DNA of 32,000 bases, taken from positions 1 to 32,000 of the forward strand of contig CAJTYF010000007.1 in NCBI GenBank assembly GCA_910583945.1. Reading direction: 5' to 3'. This document shows, piece by piece, positions 7,416 through 16,318 of the stretch; the first letter of the stretch is position 1, and every line of letters starts with the position of its first letter. The DNA is from an uncultured Bacilli bacterium. GTDB lineage: Bacteria > Bacillota_I > Bacilli_A > RF39 > UBA660. The notes under the pieces were generated by a model. The model searched no databases. It was not told the DNA's origin and saw only the letters and a list, made by a program, of their open reading frames with translations. Position numbers and translations under genes: made by a program.

Positions 7416-8444
7416 CTAGTTCTCTATCCCTTCATTTTTCATTTCTACTAAAAATTTATCAAAATCAGATTCAAATAATTTATCTTGTATAATTCTATAC
7501 TTTTCAAATTCTGATAACGCAAAACTCTCTGCAACTTTATGCGTTACTTTACCAGGATTATCCAAAACTTCTCTGTTATTAAATTGTAAAAATACATCTA
7601 GTCTTTTTTTCCAATCTTCCATAGTCATTGGAATATGTCTTTCGGCTTGATCTTCTGCATAATCCAAGTACATTGTAACTATTCTTTCTAACGATTTAAG
7701 TTCTTCTTTGGTTAAATAATTTTTAGCAACTACAACATCAGTTGCCATTATTTTACCATTTGGAGAATTTTTCCAAGTAGTAAGTCCCATATGTTCCTTT
7801 TCATAATTTGCTCTTTTTACTATAACTTCTGCAGCGGTATTGCCATGTGTTGCAAAATGCATTTTGTTTTGTACTGTTTTAAAAAATTCTTTAGTTACTG
7901 GTGAATTTCTGTTATAATCCAAACTTGTAGCATAAATGTCAGTTATTTTTTGATAAAAATTTCTTTCACTTATTCTAATTTCTCTTATTTCTTGAAGTAA
8001 TTCATCAAAGTAATTTTCATTCAAGAATGTTCCATTTTTAAGTCTTTCTTTATCTAAAACATACCCTTTAACAGAATATTGTTTTAATATATTAATAGCC
8101 CATAACCTAAATTCGATAGCTCTATTACTATTAATTTTAAAACCAACTGCAATTATTGCATCTAAATTATAGTATTTAGTATTTCTCCTTACTTCTTTTC
8201 TTCCTTCATTTTGAACTGTCAAGAAATCCTTGACAGTTTCTTTTTCTATTAATTCATTATTATAAAAAATGTTTTTAAGATGTAAACTAACATTTTGTTT
8301 TGTTGTACCAAAAAGTTCAGCTATTAATTTTTGACTAAGCCATACCGATTTGTCATCAACAATTACTTCAATTGTTTTTTCCCTGTTTTGATTTGTAAAA
8401 ATTAAAAATTCTGCTGTTGAATTTCTTATTTGTAAAGTTTCCAT
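7416..8444 (-). CDS. rhuM: RhuM-family protein (virulence protein RhuM family, putative DNA-binding N-terminus)
   Basis: Family-typical blocks: VWLSQKLIAELF, YYNLDAIIAVGFKINSNRAIEFRLWA, FYQKITDIYATSLDY, TVQNKMHFATHGNTAAE, LERIVTMYLDYAEDQA, LDVFLQFN. A strong AGGAGG lies 8 nt upstream of the ATG. Confidence 0.85.
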   Translation of the reverse strand: METLQIRNSTAEFLIFTNQNREKTIEVIVDDKSVWLSQKLIAELFGTTKQNVSLHLKNIFYNNELIEKETVKDFLTVQNEGRKEVRRNTKYYNLDAIIAVGFKINSNRAIEFRLWAINILKQYSVKGYVLDKERLKNGTFLNENYFDELLQEIREIRISERNFYQKITDIYATSLDYNRNSPVTKEFFKTVQNKMHFATHGNTAAEVIVKRANYEKEHMGLTTWKNSPNGKIMATDVVVAKNYLTKEELKSLERIVTMYLDYAEDQAERHIPMTMEDWKKRLDVFLQFNNREVLDNPGKVTHKVAESFALSEFEKYRIIQDKLFESDFDKFLVEMKNEGIEN

Positions 8445-8775
8445 TAGTTTACCTCCTGAAAGTTTTTTACTATAAACTTCCTAACTAAATTATAACTTAA
8501 ATTATGTATAATAACTATAGTTTTACGAAAAAAGTTAAAATGTTTCTAACAACAGGATATGGGAATGCACCACGAAATTTTAAAACAGTTATAAAATAAG
8601 AGTTTGAAGAAGATGTAGTTACACCACCAATCATTTTTGCACTTGCAAAAATAACCCTTTTACTATATTTTAGGGTTCCAATTTCAAAATAATTGCTATT
8701 TCAGTTAGAGTTTATAAGGTTTTTATGCAAACCTTATTTGTAATTCAATTATAAATTACTCACCATTTTTTGACA

Positions 8776-8802
8776 AGAAAAAAGATAAATACAAATTTAT
8801 CT
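8776..8802 (-). terminator. rho-independent terminator of the rhomboid gene
   Basis: On the minus strand: AGATAAAT-ttgt-ATTTATCT followed by a T-run. The hairpin includes the stop codon. Confidence 0.55.
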
Positions 8803-9936
8803 AAACAAAATAAAAACTAAAAATAAAGCATAAATAAAAGTGACAATCCATCCATTTATTTGATCCTTTTGAGTAGATTTACCTTTAATACCAAGAGCCA
8901 TAGTAATAAAATAACCACCTATTAACCCTCCAATGTGTGCTGCATTATCAATTCCTGAAAAAGCAAAACCAAAAAATAAATTTAATAAAATAACAGGGAT
9001 AATTTGGGTTCTCATCGTATTACCCAAATAAACACGAAAATGATAACCAAAATAAAGTAAGCTACCAAGCAATCCAAAAATAGCTCCACTCGCCCCAACA
9101 GACAAAGAAGTCTGACAAACACAAGACATTAAGCTTCCAGTGATAGCACTAACTAAATAAACACCTAAATACTTTCCTCTTCCTAAAAAAGTTTCCAGTT
9201 GAGTTCCAATAACATATAAAGAATACATATTGACAAGTAGATGTAACAAATTACCATGTAAGAAAGTTCCAGTAACCAGACGCCAAACTTCTCCATTTCT
9301 AATTGCAAACGAAGAAACAGCCCCTAAATCATAAAGCGTTTGTCCATCCATCGCACCATGACTAAAAATATACGAAAGCATAAAAAGAATGGTACTAATC
9401 GCCATTAAAACAGGTGTGATAACAATTTTCTTAGGTTTGAACGTTGACTCATAAATCTTATTATTTTTTTGCGTTTTAGCATTAATGCCTTCGGTAACAT
9501 TTAAAATCAAATCAATACCTTGTGAATCCTTTAACAGCTTATCTTCAATACCTGGAAAAAAGGGTCTTATCTTTTTTGTTTCTTTATCACTCACATCTTT
9601 TAAGAAGATAGATTTAATATATTTATCATCAGATAACTTCACATCATCGTTAACATCCAAAAAAATATTAAGAGTGTTCATTGAAAAAGAAAAAGTTTTT
9701 CTTTTAATTTGATGCATCACATTTCTAATTTTATATATATCCGTCATAAACTGTTCGTTATTATAAATATAATTTGAATTAATTCGTACAATTTTATATT
9801 TAGCATCGCTATTTTCAAGCCATACCTCATCTTTTACTCCATTTACAATAATAGGAGTATAATTTTCTTCTGTTATAAAATAATGAACTAAACGCATAAC
9901 GATTTCATCTTTTTTAGTAATTGTAATTGTATTCAT
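8797..9936 (-). CDS. rhomboid-family intramembrane serine protease with a cytoplasmic N-terminal domain
   Basis: HGNLLHLLVNM, catalytic GASGAIFGLLG and AHIGGLIGG. The start is set at ATG 9934-9936, which has AGGAGG 6 nt upstream; the track extension to 10080 has no SD. Confidence 0.85.
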   Translation of the reverse strand: MNTITITKKDEIVMRLVHYFITEENYTPIIVNGVKDEVWLENSDAKYKIVRINSNYIYNNEQFMTDIYKIRNVMHQIKRKTFSFSMNTLNIFLDVNDDVKLSDDKYIKSIFLKDVSDKETKKIRPFFPGIEDKLLKDSQGIDLILNVTEGINAKTQKNNKIYESTFKPKKIVITPVLMAISTILFMLSYIFSHGAMDGQTLYDLGAVSSFAIRNGEVWRLVTGTFLHGNLLHLLVNMYSLYVIGTQLETFLGRGKYLGVYLVSAITGSLMSCVCQTSLSVGASGAIFGLLGSLLYFGYHFRVYLGNTMRTQIIPVILLNLFFGFAFSGIDNAAHIGGLIGGYFITMALGIKGKSTQKDQINGWIVTFIYALFLVFILFR

Positions 9937-9997
9937 TACGCCCTCCTTGTAATAATATTTTAGTATAAAACGTATATTTAGTAAAGAGGTGAGCACT

Positions 9998-10330
9998 ATG
10001 CTTAGACTTATCTTTACTTTATTTTTTTTAGCAAGCCATATTTTACTCTTTTTTCCATTAAAAAAAATAATCCAGTCCAATAAAATAGATAATGATTTGT
10101 TATTTATCTATCTAAGCAATCTCATTCTTTTAATAAGTCTCATCTACTTTTATTACTTTGCTAAAAGCCTCATGTTTTCCTTTTATATTTCATTTTTTTT
10201 AATGACCTTCTCTTATTTACTCATTTATCACCTAAAAAATATTTTAAGTAAATATCAAATTTATAGTCTGCCCTATTTTTTTGCTTGTGTTTACATTTTC
10301 TCTAAAATTTTAATGCTTTTTTTATTTTAA
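9998..10330 (+). CDS. small hydrophobic membrane protein, 110 aa
   Basis: AAGAGGTGA lies ahead of the ATG at 9998. About 4 predicted TM helices and no family recognised. Its 3' end overlaps the rluD stop by 9 nt (convergent). Confidence 0.45.
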   Translation: MLRLIFTLFFLASHILLFFPLKKIIQSNKIDNDLLFIYLSNLILLISLIYFYYFAKSLMFSFYISFFLMTFSYLLIYHLKNILSKYQIYSLPYFFACVYIFSKILMLFLF

Positions 10331-11209
10331 TTTTTCAAGATACGTTTGAAAATAATCTGGAAGTGGTGCTTCAAAATGCATTTTTTCTTGGGTAATAGGA
10401 TGAATAAAATCAATCGTTCTTGAATGAAGGAACTGACCATAATCTTTTAATACTTGGTGACCATAAACGGGATCATTAAAAACAGAATAACCAATATAAT
10501 GCATATGAACCCTTATTTGATGGGTTCGTCCTGTTTCCAAATTTAAAGAAACCAATGTGCTATTTTCAAAGCGTTGAAGTACTTTTAAATACGTAATAGC
10601 TTGTTTAGAATGCTTACTCGTCACAGCCATTTTTTTTCGATCTTTTTCATCTCGTCCAATAGGAGCATCAATTTTAGCTTGAGCATGGGGAAAAACGCCA
10701 TTTAAAAGTGCTATATACTCTCTTTTCACTTCATGCCTAGTAAAACAATCACTTAAGATTTGATGAGCTTGGTTTGACTTAGCAACCAACATAACGCCAG
10801 AAGTATCTTTATCCAAACGATGCACAATACCAGGTCTTTCCTCCCCATTCACATCACTTAAAGAATTTGTATAATATAATAAGCCATTTGCTAAGGTATT
10901 GGAAGGATTTCCATTTCCAGGATGAACCACTAACCCACTCGGTTTATTAATAACCATAATATCCTGATCTTCATAAAGAATGTCAAGGGACATAGAAACA
11001 GGTTCTAAATGACTTTCTTCTTTTAATTCTTGAACAATTTCAATCTCATCTTCTAATTTTACTTTATAACTTGGTTTAACAACTTGATGATTTATTAATA
11101 TATAGCCCAAATCAAGCATTTTATTAATCGTACTTCTTGAATACGTTACTTCATCCACTAAATAACGATCGATTCGCTCCCCTTCACGATTCTTTACTAC
11201 AATTTTCAC
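10322..11209 (-). CDS. rluD: RluA-family 23S rRNA pseudouridine synthase RluD
   Basis: S4-like N-terminus (RIDRYL) and catalytic HRLDKDTSGVMLVAK. The lspA-rluD synteny is typical of Bacillota. Confidence 0.9.
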   Translation of the reverse strand: MKIVVKNREGERIDRYLVDEVTYSRSTINKMLDLGYILINHQVVKPSYKVKLEDEIEIVQELKEESHLEPVSMSLDILYEDQDIMVINKPSGLVVHPGNGNPSNTLANGLLYYTNSLSDVNGEERPGIVHRLDKDTSGVMLVAKSNQAHQILSDCFTRHEVKREYIALLNGVFPHAQAKIDAPIGRDEKDRKKMAVTSKHSKQAITYLKVLQRFENSTLVSLNLETGRTHQIRVHMHYIGYSVFNDPVYGHQVLKDYGQFLHSRTIDFIHPITQEKMHFEAPLPDYFQTYLEKLK

Positions 11210-11657
11210 GTTTATCTTCTCCTTTAAAAATAGCTATAATAAGTAAAAATACACCTATAACAATAAAAACATCCGCCAGGTTAAAAACAGGATAATTATA
11301 ATGAAACAATTTAAATGATAAAAAATCTCGAACGTAACCAATAAATAGGCGATCAATCAAGTTTCCACAAATCCCACCAAACAATAAACCAAACGCAATA
11401 GTATTACGTGTATTGAGTTTAAAACTATACAAATAGCGAAATAAAACAACTAAAGCAATAAAACTTACAAAAATTAAAAACTCAACGCGATAATTAAAGA
11501 TATTCCATGCCGCACCATAATTTTCTAAATAATGTAAAGAAAAAAAATTAGGAAGAATAACCAAACTTTCAAAATTTAAAAAAACACTCACAATTATTTT
11601 AGAAATTTGATCCAAAAATAAAGAAATAACGGCTACAATAAATATTTTTCTATTCAT
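11184..11657 (-). CDS. lspA: lipoprotein signal peptidase II
   Basis: NYGAAWN and FNLADVFIVIG motifs, 4 TM segments. Overlaps the rluD start by 26 nt. TGA stop. Confidence 0.9.
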   Translation of the reverse strand: MNRKIFIVAVISLFLDQISKIIVSVFLNFESLVILPNFFSLHYLENYGAAWNIFNYRVEFLIFVSFIALVVLFRYLYSFKLNTRNTIAFGLLFGGICGNLIDRLFIGYVRDFLSFKLFHYNYPVFNLADVFIVIGVFLLIIAIFKGEDKRENCSKES

Positions 11658-11692
11658 ATAAAAAAGCTCCCTAAACCATTATACTCGATTCT

Positions 11693-11914
11693 TTAAATTT
11701 CAACAAGTATCACGTCTTCTCCAATTTTTTTAATTTGTTTCATACTGACACTTAATTCTTCTTTAGCACTAAAAAAACGAAAAAATCTTTTAGGTTCTAC
11801 AACAAAATATTTTATGACACCTTCAGGTTCAAGTTCAATATCTGTAATTCTTCCAAGTCTTCTTCCGTCAAATAAACTAATCACATCTTTCATTTGTAAA
11901 TCAGAAACACGCAT
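11693..11914 (-). CDS. YlmC/YmxH-family PRC-barrel sporulation protein
   Basis: MRVSDLQMKDVISLFDGRRLGRITDIELE...KIGEDVILVE is typical of the family. The ATG at 11914 has AAAGGTGG upstream. Confidence 0.8.
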   Translation of the reverse strand: MRVSDLQMKDVISLFDGRRLGRITDIELEPEGVIKYFVVEPKRFFRFFSAKEELSVSMKQIKKIGEDVILVEI

Positions 11915-11975
11915 TAAAACCACCTTTATAAATCATATGAAAAAAATAAAAAAATATCTATTTTTCAAGATATTT

Positions 11976-12872
11976 TCATTCAGTAGGCGTTTCTGTCAAA
12001 CCAGATTCTTCTAAAGTTTTTGCTGAACCACTTTTACATTCAAGGATTTCATTATTTTTATTAATACAAACTTGATAATAATAGGTAGTATTTGGTAGTA
12101 AATTTTCTAAAACCCATTCATTATTTGTTTGATTTAAACAACTTTGATCATAAATTCCAGAAACTTGTCCATAGTGACAAACAACATCTAATTCATTTCC
12201 ACTCACTTGATAATTTAACTTGATTGAATTAGGTGTTGTTTCTTGAACACTTAAGGAATCAAAACTATAATCTTTTTTGCTTAAAGCTCCTGTAACGGTT
12301 ACTTTACTAATAAAAGTTTTATTCATGACATCATCAGCTAAAGTAACATCTTGTCCCATCCAGAGCTTAATAGCATAACGAGTACTTTGTTTTGCTCCTA
12401 AAGTTCCTTTTGCAAATTCATACTTTTCCGCCACAGTGTAATGATCTTGATATTCATCAGTATAATAACTTTCCTTTGCAACAAGGTAAGTATTTAATTT
12501 CTTATGTGATTCATTATTAACTTCAAACTCAATAAATTCACTTGATAAGCGATTTTCAGCATCCATCACTTCTAAATTAACATTATAATCCACTACAGTA
12601 TTACATGTATTCTCAAGAGTAAAAGTGTAAGGTTCTAATAAACTCGCTTCTTCATCGGTTATAGGATAAGCATTATCTAAACGAATAGTATGACTTTCAT
12701 TAATTATATTAAGTTTTAAACAATCACTCGTAATTTGATTAACACTTTTTTGAGAAACATTGGTTGCCCAATAAGCATAACTGACACCTATCACCATTAC
12801 TAAAAGACATAGACCACTCACACCAATAATTAATTTTTTCTCCATACTCATTTTCTTTTCTTTTTCTTGCAT
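11976..12872 (-). CDS. signal-anchored secreted protein with a C-terminal fibronectin type III-like domain
   Basis: GAGGAG lies 7 nt ahead of the ATG at 12872. TM anchor LIIGVSGLCLLVMVIGV followed by YAYW. C-terminal LENLLPNTTYYYQV is FN3-like. Confidence 0.6.
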   Translation of the reverse strand: MQEKEKKMSMEKKLIIGVSGLCLLVMVIGVSYAYWATNVSQKSVNQITSDCLKLNIINESHTIRLDNAYPITDEEASLLEPYTFTLENTCNTVVDYNVNLEVMDAENRLSSEFIEFEVNNESHKKLNTYLVAKESYYTDEYQDHYTVAEKYEFAKGTLGAKQSTRYAIKLWMGQDVTLADDVMNKTFISKVTVTGALSKKDYSFDSLSVQETTPNSIKLNYQVSGNELDVVCHYGQVSGIYDQSCLNQTNNEWVLENLLPNTTYYYQVCINKNNEILECKSGSAKTLEESGLTETPTE

Positions 12873-12994
12873 AAAAGCACTCCTCACTTTTAATAGTTCC
12901 TTATTTTGACTAACCTATTTTATTTATAAGGCTCTACCATTTCAACAATTATAGCAAACATAAACTGTTTCCACAATAGAGGACTACATGTTTT

Positions 12995-13453
12995 TTATTT
13001 ATCAGTCGTTCCAAATCCACCTGTGCGGACACCTTCAGCCTGATCTTCGTCAACTATTAAAAACTTTTGAAAAATCACTTGACCAATACAATCCCCTTTT
13101 TTTATTTCTAAATCATGATCTAAAATATTATAATATTGAAAATAAAAGTGTCCGTCATTCGTTTCATTGCCATAATAATCCGCATCAACTATCCCTATAC
13201 CATTACTCATAACAAGTCCTTTTTTAGGTCCACTACTTCGATTAACAAGCATATAATATTCATCCTTACCACAGTAAGCCTTGAGTCCTGTTGGAATAAG
13301 TGTAGGTTTCCCTCCCAATTGAAAGGGTGGAATGATTATATCTTCTGCAGCTTCAACATCATACCCCGCACTATTTTTTGTCTTTCTAACCGGTAAATGG
13401 ATATCTTTATCTTCCCATCCTTTAGCAACTTCAAATCCTCTTTGTCTTAGCAT
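12995..13453 (-). CDS. dut: dUTP diphosphatase (trimeric dUTPase, streptococcal/clostridial type)
   Basis: NSAGYDV, IPTGLKAY, GIGIVDADYYGN, RTGGFGTT. Overlaps the nrdG stop by 7 nt. Confidence 0.85.
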   Translation of the reverse strand: MLRQRGFEVAKGWEDKDIHLPVRKTKNSAGYDVEAAEDIIIPPFQLGGKPTLIPTGLKAYCGKDEYYMLVNRSSGPKKGLVMSNGIGIVDADYYGNETNDGHFYFQYYNILDHDLEIKKGDCIGQVIFQKFLIVDEDQAEGVRTGGFGTTDK

Positions 13454-14022
13454 CTACAAGCACATCCTTCCATATTTTCTTCTTCATGATTATTAACTAA
13501 ATCTGAATTATCAATATACAAAACAATTTCACCACTATCTAAACTCTTTGGTACATCAATAATTCTTTGATTACTACTTCCGACATATCTAATTTTTTCA
13601 CTCGCGAGTTTCAAAACAAATCTTCCTTCTAATAAAACATCAAGATGCATTAAAATATCTTTTAAATATTCATCCGTTTTCATTTGTTCCATTAACTCTT
13701 CCCATGTATAACCAGTATAAGACCAAATCGTTTTAGTGGGATACAATTTTTTTACGTTTGTGACTAAATCACGTATCGTTTTTCTAGATTTTGGAAACAA
13801 TGGATCTCCCCCTGATAAAGTTAAACCGTTACACCAATCCGCCTCAAGTTCATGGTAAATTTCCTGAATCGCTTCATCATCAAAAGGTAATCCATCATTT
13901 TCGTCCCAAGTTAATGCATTTTGACAAGCTGGACAATGATGCAAACACCCACTTGTCCATAGCACAACTCTTAAGCCTTCACCATTTAACATATCTGCTT
14001 TTGTAATATTATGATAGCGCAT
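13447..14022 (-). CDS. nrdG: anaerobic ribonucleoside-triphosphate reductase activating protein (radical SAM)
   Basis: GEGLRVVLWTSGCLHHCPACQN contains the CxxxCxxC cluster motif. Located directly downstream of nrdD. Confidence 0.9.
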   Translation of the reverse strand: MRYHNITKADMLNGEGLRVVLWTSGCLHHCPACQNALTWDENDGLPFDDEAIQEIYHELEADWCNGLTLSGGDPLFPKSRKTIRDLVTNVKKLYPTKTIWSYTGYTWEELMEQMKTDEYLKDILMHLDVLLEGRFVLKLASEKIRYVGSSNQRIIDVPKSLDSGEIVLYIDNSDLVNNHEEENMEGCACRC

Positions 14023-14031
14023 AAAAACCTC

Positions 14032-16188
14032 CTACATACTCTTTCTTTCAGATATTTCAATCATTTTCGCCTTATTAAGTCTGGTATCCCCATGAACTCT
14101 AGAATAAGACAAATACCCATTCATTCTGTCAATCTTCGTTAAATCAGAACTTCCACATTTAGGACACGTATCCATTTCTAACTCTTCATGTCCACAATTA
14201 TTGCAATAAGATAAAGATAAATTAACACCTTCATAGAAGCCCTTTTCCATCGCTCTTTCGACATATGTAATCATTGCCTCTTTATTATAATTTAAATTAT
14301 ACCTCACATATTGGATTCTTCCCCCACGGAATAAATCCCAAAATCTTCCTTCTAAATCTTGTTTTTCAATGCCATTAATGTCTTCCCAAACGCCACAATG
14401 GAAACTATTGCTTACATATTCCCTTGAAGATACTCCTTCAATGACACCATATTTCTTTCTAAATTGTTCAACTTGTAAGCCACACAAATTTTCTGCGGGT
14501 GTACCATAAATCGCATAGATAATTTTATCTTCTTTTTTATACTCATTAATTTTACAATTAATATACTTCATAACCTCTAGGGCAAATTCACCATCTTCCA
14601 CTAAAGATTTACCATTATAAAGCACTTGTAACTCATTTAATGCTGTAATGCCAAATGAAGCCGTCGAAGACTTTAAAAGGGGTTCAATACAATCGGTTGG
14701 TTTTAAATTTCCGCCATAAAAACCACCTTCACAATAAGCAAGAGGATTGGTACTCGCTTTTTTCTTACTTAAATAATTATAAGTACGAATATGAATTTTA
14801 CGAATCATTTCTAAGTAGTAATCTAACACTTCGTAAAAATCTTTTTGTTCTTCACGAGCTTTGGCAAGAATCATGGGTAAATGTAGGGAAACTGCCCCAA
14901 TATTAAATCTTCCAATAAAGACCGGTTTATCGTCTTTATCAGCGGGTTCCATGCCCCCTCTTTCAAAATATAATCCTAAGAAAGCACGACATCCCATTGG
15001 ACTAATCACACGTCCATATTTTTTATAGACATCTGGAACATAGCCTTCTCCTGTTAAAGATAAGTAGTCAGGATACATTGTTTTCGCACTACAATCAATC
15101 GCTTCTAAGAAATTATCTCTCAAGTCTTTTCCTTCACCATGTAAATTCTTATCGTATAAGAAAACTAATTTAGGAAATAAAGTCGGTTTCTTACGCCCCT
15201 CTTTCCCTTGTCCTTTTTTATGCGTTTGTAAAATAATTCTAGACACCATTTTTCCGAACCTTGTGGTATCAATACCAAACGTAAACGTCACAAAAGGATA
15301 ATCCCCTCTTGAAGAACCGACACTATTTAATTTATATTCAATTCCTTGATACCCTTGTTCACATTCTCTTTCCACTTTTTTAAGAGCATATGCACTTGCT
15401 CCTTCACTATCCGCATCGTCACCTTTAATATCTAAGTACTCTTGATAATATTTCTTATAACTTTTTTCAGCATAAGGAGCTAAAATCGTATCGACTTCGG
15501 GAACGGTAAACCCACCATATTGCATTGCTGCAGTATTAATAATGACGTCTCCCATTACATCAAACGCGGTATCTAAAGTCTTTGGCTCATTATACCAAAG
15601 ATTACCCATTTCGAAGCCCCCACGCATAACATTCCCCACATCACACAAACAACAATTCATGGTATCTCTTCTGGCACTCATATCATGAACATAAATGTAC
15701 CCATCTTCACAAGCCTCTACTTCGCTCGTCGTCAAGAAAAATTTTTTATACAACTCTTTATTTAAAGAACCATACACCAAACTTCTTTGAGTAGACACTA
15801 AAGCACTATCGGTATTCGAATTTTCTTTATCACCAATATAATTAATCGCTTGTGCTTTTTTATAAACTTTATCTAAAATATGCACAAATTCTTTTTTATA
15901 ATTACGATACTCACGGTAACTCTTAGCCACCAACGGATTCACTTTTTCTAAAGCTGCCTCAACACAATTATGAATTTGTTGAACCTCAGGATTCGTCGTT
16001 TGAGTTTCCAAAAATTCTAAAACAATGGAAACCACTTCATCTTCAGCTTCTGGAGTTAACTCGACCATCACTCTTTCAGCACTTTTTCGAATCGCGATTT
16101 TAATCTTTTCCGCATCAAAATCCTGTTGATTTCCATTTCTTTTAATAATTTTAATCTTTTTTGCAAATTCTTTTTCTTTTTTATTCAT
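14032..16188 (-). CDS. nrdD: anaerobic (class III) ribonucleoside-triphosphate reductase
   Basis: N-terminal ATP-cone (IIKRNGNQQDFDAEKI), C-terminal zinc ribbon CNNCGHE...CPKCGS and glycyl-radical motif RMNGYLS. Confidence 0.95.
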   Translation of the reverse strand: MNKKEKEFAKKIKIIKRNGNQQDFDAEKIKIAIRKSAERVMVELTPEAEDEVVSIVLEFLETQTTNPEVQQIHNCVEAALEKVNPLVAKSYREYRNYKKEFVHILDKVYKKAQAINYIGDKENSNTDSALVSTQRSLVYGSLNKELYKKFFLTTSEVEACEDGYIYVHDMSARRDTMNCCLCDVGNVMRGGFEMGNLWYNEPKTLDTAFDVMGDVIINTAAMQYGGFTVPEVDTILAPYAEKSYKKYYQEYLDIKGDDADSEGASAYALKKVERECEQGYQGIEYKLNSVGSSRGDYPFVTFTFGIDTTRFGKMVSRIILQTHKKGQGKEGRKKPTLFPKLVFLYDKNLHGEGKDLRDNFLEAIDCSAKTMYPDYLSLTGEGYVPDVYKKYGRVISPMGCRAFLGLYFERGGMEPADKDDKPVFIGRFNIGAVSLHLPMILAKAREEQKDFYEVLDYYLEMIRKIHIRTYNYLSKKKASTNPLAYCEGGFYGGNLKPTDCIEPLLKSSTASFGITALNELQVLYNGKSLVEDGEFALEVMKYINCKINEYKKEDKIIYAIYGTPAENLCGLQVEQFRKKYGVIEGVSSREYVSNSFHCGVWEDINGIEKQDLEGRFWDLFRGGRIQYVRYNLNYNKEAMITYVERAMEKGFYEGVNLSLSYCNNCGHEELEMDTCPKCGSSDLTKIDRMNGYLSYSRVHGDTRLNKAKMIEISERKSM

Positions 16189-16221
16189 TTAACTCTCCCA
16201 CTTCTATTTTCTATTTCATTC

Positions 16222-16230
16222 ATTTTAACA
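16222..16230 (-). promoter_or_regulatory. extended -10 element of the nrdD promoter (TGTTAAAAT)
   Basis: Reverse complement of attttaaca. The predicted TSS is near 16215. Confidence 0.45.
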
Positions 16231-16245
16231 CTCTTTTTTAAATAT

Positions 16246-16267
16246 TTTTGTTGCAATTGCAACAAAA
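16246..16267. promoter_or_regulatory. perfect 22 bp palindromic operator (candidate Crp/Fnr-family site)
   Basis: TTTTGTTGCAATTGCAACAAAA equals its own reverse complement. Its core GTTGC-N4-GCAAC has the 5-4-5 geometry of Crp/Fnr sites. It sits midway between divergent nrdD and the Crp/Fnr gene. Confidence 0.55.
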
Positions 16268-16276
16268 GAAAGTTTT

Positions 16277-16285
16277 TGCTAAAAT
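16277..16285 (+). promoter_or_regulatory. extended -10 element of the Crp/Fnr gene promoter (TGCTAAAAT)
   Basis: A TGnTAAAAT mirror image of the nrdD element on the other side of the palindrome. Confidence 0.45.
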
Positions 16286-16318
16286 AATTTTAGAACAAAT
16301 TTGAAAGGGCTTGAAACT

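Noticed and set aside
8521-8700. Short ORF fragments upstream of rhuM (for example MFLTTGYGNAPRNFKTVIK, then EFEEDVVTPPIIFALAKI after a stop), considered as a possible remnant gene.
   Set aside because: They are too short and I cannot assign them to a family by eye. They are noted only as possible debris supporting the insertion idea. A translated search would be needed.
9937-10080. A 48-codon N-terminal extension of the rhomboid ORF given by the ORF track.
   Set aside because: There is no SD at 10080, whereas the ATG at 9936 has a perfect AGGAGG. The extension also overlaps the divergent small membrane protein gene and its promoter region.
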